Assembly: GCF_009914755.1 (NCBI RefSeq)
Contig: NC_060939.1
Direction: 5' to 3' (one strand)
DNA: 64,000 nt
Source of the DNA: the human T2T-CHM13v2.0 reference genome, Homo sapiens
In this document: in pieces, positions 18,281 to 32,152 of the stretch
Layout of the letters: every line of letters starts with the position of its first letter
Position numbering within the stretch: position 1 is the stretch's first letter
Notes under the pieces: model-generated
The model's input: only the letters and a program-made list of their open reading frames with translations
Databases searched by the model: none
Told to the model about the DNA's origin: nothing
Program-made: the position numbers and the translations under genes

Positions 18281-19884
18281 AAAGTCCCTGCCCACTGGCT
18301 GAAGCAAGAAGCTTCAGGAGAACTCTTTCAGGGAATTTTATCTCCAGAATTCTCTGGCTAGAGAGGACCTGGAGGAGTCACTGAGTCCCCTCCCCTGCCC
18401 CTACGCCTAATCACTTTAGGTTATTGCAAGAACTGATAGACTGCACACCATTTTACTAGGCTTAATGAGCAGGGACAGATGGGGAGGAATGAGAGGGGAG
18501 GAAGGTACAGATGAATAACAGGAAGTAGCATCCCCTCTCACCCTTCCTCTCCTCTCTCAATACTTTAGAATATTGGGGATAAAGAAGAGCCATCCTGTGT
18601 GAAGCAATGAGACCAGTGTAGGCCACCACAATGATCATCTCTTTACTTACACTTCCCCTTATTAAGATAGCTCATGTCTTATTTCACCCCCGACACAGCT
18701 CTGTCAATTGCTAATATTATCCCCATTTTATAGAGGAGCAGATAAGGACACTGATTATTGGACAGATTTACCTAAGGCCCCCAGGCTAGTAAATGGGTGA
18801 GAGTTAAGCCTCTGTTGGTAACCCCAGTTCCTCTAGGGGAGGCTTCCGGAGCCAGGCAGAGGAGGGGGCAGGTTCCTATTAGAGAAAACGAGAAGGACTT
18901 TTCAGCTGTACAGAGCTTTTGCAAAAGGCTTGAGGCAGATAAAATATAAACTACTGGATTAAAAAAGCCCTTCAGATGTTTGTCCCTCTCCTGCCCCTCC
19001 TTTACAAGAGACTCCTGCATCACATCTGTCTTTCTGGCTGCAGATGCCATGCCTCTCCCCTGTCCAGCCCTCGATGGTCGGCACAGTGGCACCCCCTGGA
19101 TGGACAGGCAGATGATGGAAGGCCTCCATAGCCTCCCCTGAGAGCAGCCAAACAGCTCTCCCAGATGCTGGAGCCGGAGTCTTCCAGCCCCATGGGTTCT
19201 GCTCATTTCTGTCCGACAGGTAGTTATTTATCCAGAGAGTGATTCTCTTTCGGAGACTGGGATTTTAAAACTTCTCTGAAGACACTCTGTTGAAAGCAAG
19301 GCATTTGTTCCCCAAGGGCAGCTCCACTGCATTTCTGGTGTGTACATGTATGCATGTGAGCGCGTGTACGTGTGAACACTCACACAGGCATTCTGCCTGG
19401 CTGAGCCTGGGATGACAGCCTTGGGGCTTCTACCATTCTGCCCAGGTGTCCCTGGCTATCAGTCTGGCTTTTCCATGGAACTCCTGCATCAAACCTAGGG
19501 ACCCCAAATCCAAGACTGTCCAGATACAGCTGGGGGCCTGGTGAGGGTCTTGGCTGCCATCACCAGCTCTGTGAGGCATTGCAATCTCTCGAGGCCTCAG
19601 TCTTGGCTTCTGTTAAATGGGAATAACAACAACAAAGTGATGGGAAAATTACACTGAGCATGGCCTGGAACAGCTGGTACTACAAGCTTCTGGGTTTGAC
19701 TTCCATTCTGCCTTCCCCCAGGAAGCATAGCTTTCTCTCTTTTCCTTCTGCTTAAAGATGGCATCAGATAAGGGGAGGCAATTTTGCTACATGTGAAAAT
19801 CCTGGACATCAACTACAGAGAGCTGAGCTCCAAACTGGACTCTCCCTTGTGCCAACTGTGTGGTCCTGATCAAGTGAGCCACTT

Positions 19885-20175
19885 CTTTTTTTTATTCTTT
19901 CTGAGACAGAGTCTCGCTCTGTTGCCCAGGCTGGAGTGCAGTGGCACGATCTCGGCTCACTGCAACCTCCACCTCCCAGATTCAAGCAAATCTCTGCTTC
20001 CTGAGTAACTAGGACTACAGGTGCCTGCCACCATGCCGGGCTAATTTTTGTATTTTTAGTAGAGACAGGGTTTCACCATGTTGGCCAGGCTGGTCTTGAA
20101 CTCCTAATCTTGTGATCCACATGCCTCGGCCTCCCAAAGTGCTGGGATTACAGGTGTGAGCCACCGCGCCTGGCC
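19885..20175 (-). mobile_element. Alu SINE inserted in a MIR
   Basis: Reverse Alu; TSD gtgag(c/t)cacttcttt. Confidence 0.93.
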
Positions 20176-21728
20176 TGTGAGTCACTTCTTTGAGCCAGTT
20201 TTCTCATTTGTAAAATGGGCGTATAATGCCATCCCCTCAGACTGAACTCCCTTCGTTCAGCTGGGTTACTTCCCACCAGAAAGGAGATTTCGTGATCAGA
20301 TGGATGATTCTGTGGAGAGGGCAATGTGTGGCCAGAGGAATGCCTCAATGCTGGAGACATCTCGGAGCAGTGGGGAAGATGTTGCAGGGTGAAGTTGGGG
20401 GAGGGGTTCTAGTAGTTCCTAAAATCGAATTACCTACATTGTTAGTTACTCAGATGGAAACCTGGGTTGAGATATTCATAGAGGGAAACCATGTTGTTTC
20501 AAGAGAGGACATGACTTAGGCCACAGGGTGCCAAATTAGATTGGCCACAGAGCCCCAGAAAGGGAAATGGATTGGAAGCTGGGCTGCCCTAGTGTAACCA
20601 GGTCAATGCAACATAAACTTTTTGAGCTTCTGCTACATGCAGTCACCATACTAGGCACTTTGTATGATCAGGTAGATCTGGAATCAGACATTAATTCTGC
20701 CCTTAAGAAGCTCATAGTTGAATGAAAAAAATTAATTAGGTAATATGAATAAGATATCTACCTTCATGCCCCCCTGCTTCACAGTCACTTTGCACAGAGC
20801 CTGGTATGCAGTGGGTGCTCAGTACATGTTTACTGAATGTAACCAAACTATGAACTACAGTAGGGAGCAGACCCAGAGCAGTGGGATGGTGTCCCAGAGG
20901 AGGGGTCATTTATACTGGGCTTTGATGGCTGCTTAGGAGTCCTCTGCTCCTTCCATTTGTCCACTAATCCTCCACCAGGATTGATGAAGGCCACAGCAGG
21001 GCAAGGCCCTAGCTTCTCCCCTCCTGCCCACCCAGCCCTCATTCAAACTTTGAGGAGTCTCCGGATGTGAAGAGGAAGTGGCCGGGCTGCGGAAGGCAGG
21101 CTCATTTCCAGTGTGGGGCCTGGGCCGCCAGCCCCAGGTCCTGTTTACACAGCAAGGCGGACAGGCCGACAGAACTTGGCGGCAAATGAGCTTCTGCCTC
21201 TGAGAACAGAAGGGGCTGGCAAAGCCCAGCTAGGCCAGGCGTGGGGAGGCTTGTGCCAAGGGGAAAGTCGAATCTAAAGAGTGTTTCCTCCTGGCCAGGC
21301 AGCCCCAGACTTTTGTCTCCAGTCTGTGAGCAGTTCCTCCAGTGATTCATAGTCAGCGGGAACTTATAAATAAACCCCACCTCAGCCTCTCACCACAGCC
21401 TGGCCGGGACCTGGGCAGGGGTGTGGTAGGGGACTAGGAAATGGGAAGACTGAGGAGAGGCCCTGAGGAGCCATGGGGGACCCAGGTGACGCTGGCTGCA
21501 GGGCAGGAGCACCTCTGGCTTTCCATGGGGGATTGCAGGGCGGTTGCCAACTGTCACGGGGGCTGGGCCACCAGTCTAGAGCAAAGAACTCTCAGAGGCC
21601 TGGATTTCCACTGGCTCACCAGGAGTGTGGTAGAGGAAACTAGGTAGAATTTGGAAATGGCTGGGCTTTAAAACACTTTTGATATAATTTCAAAATAATA
21701 GAATAGAGACTTTGCATATACCCTGTAG

Positions 21729-22114
<386 letters not shown>

Positions 22115-22850
22115 TGAACCATCTGAAAGTGGGCCTCCGGCATCGGACCTCTATGGCCCTTCAGTGTGCACCTCCTGAAACAGCTAGTGTTTGCATTTCT
22201 GAGTGACCATTTACTGAATGTATTCCAGGGCATGCTATTCAAGCTAAGTCCTCTGCGTGTCCCGTCTGTGAAATGGTACTAAGAAGGTCCCTCACCATGG
22301 TGAGCATGAGAGAAGTAACAATGAAAAGCATTTGCTGTAATCCTAATGATAAGTACAGCTCATTATCATGTCCAAGGCAACATGCACACATTGTTATTTG
22401 ATCTTCACAACGGTCCTCCTTTTCTAATAAAGAAACTGAGGCTCAGAGACGGTGTGTAATTTGCACAGGGTCCCACAGCAGGTGAGCTGAGATGCCAGGC
22501 TTTGCTGCACACACCTGGGGCCTGTCCTCTTCCCTGTTTGTTGTGTGATCTCTGTTGAGGGCTGGCCTTCCTAAGGCCTCAGTCTCCCCATCACTGTGTG
22601 GGCAGAGGGATCTCTGGGGTGGGACGCGAGCTGCCTTCACAGCAGCTCAGCACTTGAGACCCCTAGAGACTGGACAGAAAGGAGCTCTTCTTGCATCAGC
22701 GCTGGAGTAGAAGTTGCTCCAGCAGCCAAACCCAGCTTCTTATGAATTATTCTGGCTGCCACAGGATCCGGGTTCAAAACTTGCAGATTGTTTCTGGAAA
22801 CTCCAGGAAATCTGACCAGAAAACTCTGGGCCTCCTGGCCTTGGGAGCTC

Positions 22851-22884
22851 CTGTAGTGATGGGGCTCGGCCACCAGATGGCCCC
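22851..22884 (+). promoter_or_regulatory. Candidate CTCF site with possible upstream motif
   Basis: GGCCACCAGATGGCCC core preceded by CTGTAGTG; locally CpG-rich. Confidence 0.5.
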
Positions 22885-25479
22885 ACGCCGGCCACTGGAC
22901 TCAAGGAAGCAGAGTCACAGTTTTTCAGGGCTGTGGCTCACCTCTGAGTGTATCCACACCACCATCCCTTTAGCCTCGGGTCACAGCCAGGGAAACCCAG
23001 CCCCGGAGGCGCAGCAACCTGCACCCGTTTCGAGGCCCGCAAAGCACTTTGCGCTTCCCAGGGGTTGTTACCCTGGTCGAGCAAGGTCCCTGGTGAGATT
23101 CTGGCCTCGCCTCTGGGGCCAGTCACAGAGTTGCCAGAATCCTTAGGACCTGAGTTTCCACATTTACAGAAAGAGGAGAATCACTTCTGCCTGGCTTTCT
23201 TCATGGGGTCTGGGTGTCACGTCAAACACGGGGCCTCAGTTTCCCCATCTGTGAAACTGGTATAAAGGTAGGGGCTGACTGGTGATGTTGTGAGGATGAA
23301 AAGCAGCCAACATCCAAATGTGATTTGAGGCATGAAGCCTGCAGGCCAAAGTCTGGCCACCTACAGAGTCACCTTCTGCTTCCAGAACAGCCTCTGAACA
23401 GCAGCCTAGGACCTCAGGGTGGGAGGAGACGGCAGAGCGGATTCCACCTGCACCTTCCATTCCTCACATGGAGGAAAGTGAGGTCCAGACAGGACCAGGG
23501 ACTTGCCCAAGGTCTCACAGCCCCGTCTGACTACACCAGAACCCAGAGGCATTCACTCTGAGGACAGTTGTCATTAGCTTTCCTCTAACTTCTGCAGGGA
23601 GGCCCAGCAAAGAAGCCCATGTCGGGAAGGGCTATGCAGCTGGGGCCGGAATGGGCACAGAGGGGCCACTGCGAGCTGGACCGCCACACTGCAGGGGGGC
23701 CCAGCTCGGAGCCTAAGGAACCTTCCTCCCTGAGGGACAACCAGTTCCCCCAACCAAGGTCTCCCCCTGGAAAAGCCCCTCGGGGCTCACCTGCCCAGAC
23801 CCTGGGGGGAATATTTTTAAAAGTTTAAACACTCTCCAGGGAACATGCTGCATTTCTGTTCATACAGTGTATCTATGCTTTTATTTACGAAATAAAAAGG
23901 CTTCTGTTCTGTTAATTAGTGGGCTCATATAAACCCTCTCCCTCAGTTCAGGATGTGGGGGCAGGGGGAATAAACCAACAAAAATATAAAAATTTTGAAT
24001 TCCAGATACGCTGAGCATGACCAGCCTTTCTGCCTGGGGAGGAGGAGGGGCATATAACCCCAAACCAGTAACTGCCCAGAATCTCCGGCTGATAACATGC
24101 ATATTTTGAGAAGATCATGCTGGCAACTTGAATGTATTCATATTCATATTCGACTGGAATGGAGTGGCTTTTCTAAGAGTACATCTGAATGGGGGAGAAG
24201 GAGGGAGCAGATCCCTGAGAGCCTGGGGAGGGGGTATGTGCACAGAGAGGGGAAGCTGAGGACCCCAGAGGCTGAGGGTATTGCCCATGTGCCAGAAGGA
24301 AATGGGGGGGTTGCTATTGTTTCTAGGAGAGGCCTGGGGTGTAGGGGGCACAGAAAACTCAGTTTCCATGAGTCAGTGCTGGTAACCTGGAGAAGAAGGG
24401 GGCATTCTTATAACCCAGAATTTCCCCCAGGGGGATGGGCTGGCCTGTGGGCCTAGCTCCACATCCATCTCTCTGCAGACCCCACAGCTGCCCTGGGAAG
24501 GAGACACTGTCTTCATCCCCATTTCTCTCCCCGTAGACGGAGGCCCTGAGAGAGGGAGCAACTTACCCAAGAGCAGCCACACTGAGGCAGCGCCGGGATT
24601 CCTGGAACTAAGGTCTCTTGATGAGTTGCTTTGTACTCACATTCTGCCTGAATCTGGAGCTAGGCCTACCTGATTTCTGGCTTTGTGACCCTGAACAAGT
24701 TACTGAGCTCGGTTTGCCTCATCTGTACAATGGGTGTGATAGTGGCTGTCTCCTGAGGTTGCTGACAGGAAGGGTCTGGCACACAGCAGGCATGCAAGCA
24801 GTGGGAGCTGAATCACAGAGGAGTCAAATCTTACATAGAACACGGTTCTCAAAGCAGCTTAATGAAAAGAAAAACTTCCTGGAAAATCCTTTCTGGAAGG
24901 AGCCATAAAGAGTGAAGTCCTTGGGGACGGGTGGGGTGAAGGGAAGGCGTCTATGGGAGAAAGAGTACGGCTTTAGAATTGTCCAGAAGGTCAAAAAGTG
25001 AATGAGGCCTTGAGGCGGGCAAGCTGTGTGCAGTGGAAGAGGGGCTGGCCCCCTCATCCCCGTGCAGGTGCAGGAGGAGAACAGTGCCAGGACAGGCTTT
25101 GAATGCGAGCTGGAGAGGTCAGGCCCCGCGCCCTGTTGGAGATGCCTGGTCTTGGCAGTGGGGTGATCACAGGGGGCTCCCTCCGTGTGTGCCTGGATTT
25201 CCGGAACCCCACCCCAGAGCTGTTTCTCCGAGGAGAGCTGGGGCCGGTGGACGGCTCCTGGCTGCCCCTGTCAGGCCTCTCCCCCAGTCCTCCGCCTCCC
25301 TCCCTGTCTGGCAGCCAACTGAATTTTATGTGGGGAATTTGAAGAATTTGAAAAGGCAGAATGCAAATGCCAGTCTTAGAGATTTCCTTGTCAGCCGCTG
25401 AAGGGGAAAAGCCCCTCTTTGTGGGGCAGTGGAGAGAGAAGTGGAGTGTGGAGTTCTGCACTCGGGTCCCCACCGATGC

Positions 25480-26120
25480 TGGCGGCCAGGTGGCCAGGGA
25501 CAGTCCCTTCGCCCCCCAGGGCGTCAACTCCCCGTCTGCGGAAAGGGCAGCTTTGTCCCCATCGCGCCCCTCGAGGCCTGGCTGAGAGGAACCGGGTGAC
25601 CGAGAGGTCCGGGCGCAGGCCGTGTGCGAGGAAGGAGGTCACTGACGATTCTTCCAGGCCCTCGTTTCACAGAGGAGGGGACTGCAGCCAAAGAGACGGC
25701 TGCTGCGGGGGTCGCCGGGGCAGCCCCGCGTGGTCCCTGCGCCCTCCCGGCCGTGGGCTTCCCTCAGCCCTCGCCGCCCCCGGGCTGCCGGCTGGGCCAG
25801 GGCGCCTCTATCTCCCGCGGCCGCGGCGTCTCCGAGTCTCGGCCGCCCGAGCGCTGGGCGTTATCTGCGCTAGCCCGGCCGGGCCCCTTCCCGCCTTCCC
25901 GCCTTCCCGCCGGGCCAGGGCCGCCGTGGCGACGGGCCGCTCCCGCCTTATCGGCCGTCCCTGCGAGCCCGCGGCCGACCCCGCCTGGCCCTCCCCGGGC
26001 TGCCCCTCCCAGGTGCCCCCTCCCCCGGCAGCCCCCCGCCCTAAGATGCCCCCTCCCTGGGCTGCCCACGCCCCCTAGATGCCCCCGCGCCAGGGCGGCC
26101 CCCTCCCTGGCCAAGGGGCG
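25480..26120. promoter_or_regulatory. CpG island (promoter/enhancer-like, no linked gene identified)
   Basis: Very high GC and CpG density, NotI site in ccgcggccgcgg, two TTATC motifs. Confidence 0.85.
25997..26112. repeat. Degenerate ~30-35-nt C-rich tandem repeat
   Basis: Recurring gggc(t/a)gcccc...(a)g(a/g)tgccccctccc units, 3-4 copies. Confidence 0.6.
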
Positions 26121-26939
26121 CCACATCAGAAAAGGGTTTTCCTCAGATTTGTTCTTTCTTTAAAAGACAAGCCTAGCTATGCTTCGTTCCATTTCAGCCA
26201 CATTTTAAACGATTTCACAAGAAAGGCAAACTTCTGCAAAATAACACAAAAAACAAAAGCACCCAACCCAGAAACCCACCAGGCATCAAGGCTGTCAGGG
26301 AAGCCAGAGCCCTTTATTCACCAGCTCTTTCTAAAATGCTCCTGCTGGGACTTAATGTGTTAGATGTGGCAGGCCTTGGAACTTCGGTTTCCCCACCTTA
26401 GTGTCTGAATCTGTAGGGCATGATACTCCCCGTGGTGCTGGTGGCAGAGAACATGGGTGCAGCCCTTTGTCATAACAATTTGGCAATATAGATGGAAAGC
26501 CATAAAATATTCATGCCCTTTGACTCAGTAATCTCACTCCGGGAATGCATCCCAAGGAAATAGTTCAGCAGCAGCAAAAGAAAAAAAAAAGTATGGGTTC
26601 ATCAATGTGTTATTTGTAAAGTTGGTGAGCATATCTTTCAGTGAAAAACTAGAATACATGAGTGGCATGGGACTGGGTTTGAAACCAGCACAGCCACCTA
26701 TGGACCCTGGGAGAGGGGCTTAACATGGCTGATTTTCTGTTTCCCTATCTGGAAAGTAGCTGGCTCCAGCACTCAGAAGACATTGGTGAGAATGCCAGGA
26801 GACAACCCGGGAAGGCAGCTAGTACAGGGTCTGGGATAGAAGAGGAGCCTAGCAAATGTTTATTTGCCTGGTCTCCATCCTTACAGAAATGAAAGTATGG
26901 AATATTTCAAGTTACATTTGTAAATATCAGAGAAAGTAT

Positions 26940-27446
<507 letters not shown>

Positions 27447-27570
27447 TTAAATAGGTAACTTTCAGTGGAATATGATGCAATATTGAAAAAGAATGGGACA
27501 ATCCATATAAGCTAATGAGGAAGGAAGTACATGATGAGTTAAGAAGCAAGTTGCATCCATCTGGACAAAT

Positions 27571-28206
27571 TTTCAGAGGCGTTTGAACCAGAGTGACTCC
27601 ATCTTGAATATGGGGCTGTGTAAAATAAGGCTGAGACCTACTGGGCTGCATTCCCAGGAGGTTAGGCATTCTAAGTCACAGGGTAAGATAGAAGGTCAGC
27701 GTAAGATACAGGTCATAAAGACTTTACTGATGAAACAGTTTGCAGTAAAGAAGCTGGCCACAACCCACCAAAACCAAGATGGTGATGGGAGTGACCTCTG
27801 GTCGTCCTCATGGCTTCTTATACACTAATTATAATACATTAGTGTGCTAGAAGACACTCCCACTACCTCCATGGCAGTTTACAAATACCATGGCAACACC
27901 GAGAAGTGACCCTATGTTGTCTAAAAAGGGGAGGATCCCTCAGTTCTGGGAATTGCTCATCCCTTTTCCAGAACACTCATGAATAATCCATCCCTTGTTT
28001 AGCATATCATCAAGAAATAACCATAAAAAAGGGCAACCAGCAGCCCTTGGGGCTGCTCTGCCTACGGAGTAGCCATTTTTTTATTCCTTTACTTTCTTAA
28101 TAAACTTGCTTTCACTTTTACTCTATGGATTTCCTTCGAATTCTTACTTGTGCAAGATCCAAGAACCCTCTCTTGGGGTCTGTATGGGGACCGCTTTCCA
28201 GTAGCA
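27571..28206 (+). mobile_element. MER41B solo LTR (ERV1)
   Basis: T(T)TCAGAGGCGTTTGAACCAGAG-GACTCCATCTTGAATA start, 636 bp, AATAAA, ...CTTTCCAGTAGCA end, 4-bp TSD AAAT on both sides, GAS TTCTGGGAA at 27944. Confidence 0.9.
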
Positions 28207-28384
28207 AAATGACCTAAATATATAAAATTAGACAGTAAAAGTATAAGAAAAATATTCAGTAAAATTCTTGTATCAGTGTATAGTCTTGGATGTAGGAAGG
28301 ATCTCCTCAAACAAACCAGGAACGCAGGACCATATAGGGAAAGATGGATAGATTATAAAATGTTTAAATGTCTACCTACATGGG

Positions 28385-28710
28385 TTTTTTTTGTTTGTTT
28401 TTTGTTTTTGAAACAAGGTCTCACTTTGTCGCCCAGCCTGGAGAGCAGTGGCGCGATAATGGCTCACTGCAGCCTTGATCTTCTGGACCCAGGTGATCCT
28501 CCCACCTCAGCCTCCTGAGTAGCTGGGACTAAAAGCATGCACGACCATGCCTGGCTAATTTTTTGCATATATATATATATTTTTTTTTTTGTAGAGATGG
28601 GTTTCGCCATGTTGCCCAGGTTGGTCTTGAACTTCTGGGCTCAAGCAATCTGCCTGCCTCAGCCTCCCAAAGTGTTGGGATTACAGGCATGAGACACAAC
28701 AGCCTGGGCT
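28385..28710 (-). mobile_element. Alu SINE (AluJ-like)
   Basis: Reverse Alu with (TA)n in the linker; TSD tacctacatg. Confidence 0.93.
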
Positions 28711-28736
28711 TACCTACATGTTAAGAGATTCCATGA

Positions 28737-29047
28737 GGCTGGGCACGGTGGGTCACGCCTGTAATCCCAACACTTTGGGAGGCCGAGGTGGGCGGATCAC
28801 CTGAGGTTGGGGGTTCGAGACCAGCCTGACCAACATGGAGAAACCTTGTCTCTACTAAAAATACAAAATTTGCTAGGCATGGTGGCACGTGCCTGTAATC
28901 CCAGCTAGTTGGGGAGGCTGAGGCAGGAGAATCACTTAAACCCAGGAGGCGGAGATTGCGGTGAGCCTAGATCGTGCCATTGCACTTCAGCCTGGGCAAC
29001 GAGAGCGAAAATCTGTCTCAAAAAAAAAAAAAAAAAAAAAAAAAAAA
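28737..29047 (+). mobile_element. Alu SINE (AluS-like)
   Basis: Full Alu with long poly-A. Confidence 0.95.
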
Positions 29048-29049
29048 TA

Positions 29050-29650
29050 GAAAGACTCCATAAACAAGTCCAGACACAATAGTAGATGGGAAAAAAATAT
29101 TTGTTATAGAGATAGATAAAGCATTCATATCTTTTATATACAAAACCCCTACAAAATAATTGGGAAAAGTTAAACAATAGAAAAACAAGCAAAACCATGT
29201 CAAAGAAGAGGAAATGCAAATACAAGCATAAACATGAGAAAGGCATTCAACTTCCCCAGTTGTTGGAGAAATGCAAATTAAAAATATAAGCAAAATGCCA
29301 TTGTTCTCCAAATACTAACTATTCAAATAGAAATGGACATGTTCTTTGCCCCAGCAAGCCCACATTGGAGACTCTGTTCATAAAATCTAGCCCCCCCTCT
29401 GCTTTTTTTTTAACCGCAGTGTCCATAGTGACAATCTCAGTGTCTACCTCTAACAGTATGAGGGGATAAATTTGGTTGTATCCATTCCAGGGAGGGAATA
29501 TGTTGGAACTACTGAGAATGAGCTCATTGAATTTATATGCAGTGACTTGTGGGGTTGTCTGCGATATTCTATTAGGTTAAGAAAAGGCAGCTATGCAGGT
29601 GAGGTAAGGTGTGTGTAACGTATGATCCCTTTTTGTGCTTTAACAAAGTG
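29050..29650 (+). mobile_element. Old L1 (L1ME-like) fragments, continuing pieces at ~26440-26660, ~27410-27570 and ~28210-28370
   Basis: Degenerate L1 ORF2/3' motifs (gagaaatgcaaattaaaa, gaaatgcaaataca). Confidence 0.5.
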
Positions 29651-29897
29651 TGTGTGTGTAAGACGTGGGAGGCAAGGCTTCACCAGGGTAAATACAATCA
29701 TGTGTTATGCCATGACATTTTGGTCAATGACAAATTGCTTATACAGAGTGGTTCTATAAGATTATAATGGAGCTGAAAAATTCCTATCGCCCAGTGACAT
29801 CATAGCCATAGTAAGGTAGTGCAATGCATTACTCACGTATTTATGGCAGACTGGTGTAAACAAACCTACTGTGCTGCCAGTCATATAAAAGTGTTTC

Positions 29898-30170
29898 ACA
29901 GCACTTTGGGAGGCTGAGGCTGGAGGATTGCTTGAGCCCAAGAATTCAAGACCAGTCTGGGTAACACAGGGAGACCCCGTCTCTACAAATTAAAAATAAA
30001 AAATACAATAATTTGGGTGTAGTGGCGTGTGTCTATTGTCCCAGCTACTCAGGAGGCTGAGGTGGGAGGATCACTTCAGGCAGGAGGTCGAGGCTGCAGT
30101 GAGCCGTAATCACACCATTGCACACTAGTCTGGGCAACCGAGTGAGATTCTGTCACAAAAACAAAAATTT
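29898..30170 (+). mobile_element. Alu SINE (AluJ-like, 5'-truncated)
   Basis: Alu body nested in Tigger3b. Confidence 0.9.
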
Positions 30171-30298
30171 TTTTAAAGTATATTACATACAATTACTTAT
30201 AATACATAATATTTGATAATAATAAATGACTATGTTACTGGTTTATGTATTTATTGTACTATAATTAATACATCAATATTTTAGTGTTACTCTTTCTA

Positions 30299-30805
<507 letters not shown>

Positions 30806-31202
30806 TTAGTTTTTAACAAAAAAATTTCAAAAGGAAAAAAGTTAAAAACGGAAAAAAGCTTATAGTATAAGGATATAAAGAAATAAAACTTTTTTACAGT
30901 TGTACAATGTTGTTTGTGTTTTACAAAAGTCAGAAAGTTAAAAAAATTAAAAAGTTTGTGAAGTAAGAGTTACGATAATACAGTAAGCTAAGGTTAATTT
31001 ATTGAAGAAAGAAAAATATGTTTTCATAAATTACATTTTATAAATGTAGCCTATGGGTATAGTACTTAGTGAGCCTACAGTGTATAGTAATGTCCTAGGT
31101 CTTCACGTTCACTCACCACTTACTCACTGGCTCACCCAGAGCAACTTCCAGTCCTGAAAGCTCCATTTGTGGTAAGGGCCCTGTACAGGTATATTATTTT
31201 AG

Positions 31203-31437
31203 ATCCCGGCTCACTGCAACCTCCGCCTCCTGGGTTCAAGCAATTCTCCTGCCTCAGCCTCCCAAGTAGCTGGGATTACAGGCATGCACCACCACGCCCA
31301 GTTAATTTTGTGTTTTTAGTAGAGACAGGGTTTCTCCATGTTGGTCAGGCTGGTCTCGAACTCTCGACCTCAGGTGATCCTCCTGCCTTGGCCTCCCAAA
31401 GTGCTGGAATTACAGGCATGGGCCACTGAGCTCGGCC
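31203..31437 (-). mobile_element. Alu SINE lacking its 3' end
   Basis: Reverse Alu without poly-T. Confidence 0.9.
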
Positions 31438-31843
31438 TTTAAATCTTTTATACCATATTTTTACTGTATCTTTTCTATGTTGAGATACACACATACTTAG
31501 CATTGTGTTACAGTTGCCTACAGCATTCGGCACAGTACCATGCTGTACATGTTTGTAGCCTGGGAGCAGTAGGCCAGACCACACAGCCTAGGTGTGTAGT
31601 AGACTCTACTGTCTAGGTTCGTGTAAGTACACTCTGAAGTTTGCACAATGACAAAACTGTCTAATGACACATTTCTCAGAACATATCCTTGTCATTAAAT
31701 GACACATGACTGTATGTTGGTTATGTTTGTATGAGCCTAAAGAAAGGTAGGTGCATATATATAATGAAAGAAAGCAGCAAGTGTTTTTGCTCATCTTTTA
31801 ATTATTTGACTTTTTCTATGTAATTTGTAAGAGTTCTGGACCT

Positions 31844-32152
<309 letters not shown>

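Noticed and set aside
25419-26163. 219-aa and 179-aa Pro/Arg/Ala-rich ORFs (similar ones at 58302-59008)
   Set aside because: Stop-codon depletion in very GC-rich CpG islands; open in several frames and with no recognisable domain.
26425-26442. RE1/REST-like CCGTGGTGCTG
   Set aside because: The GCTGTCC half is degenerate; only a partial match.
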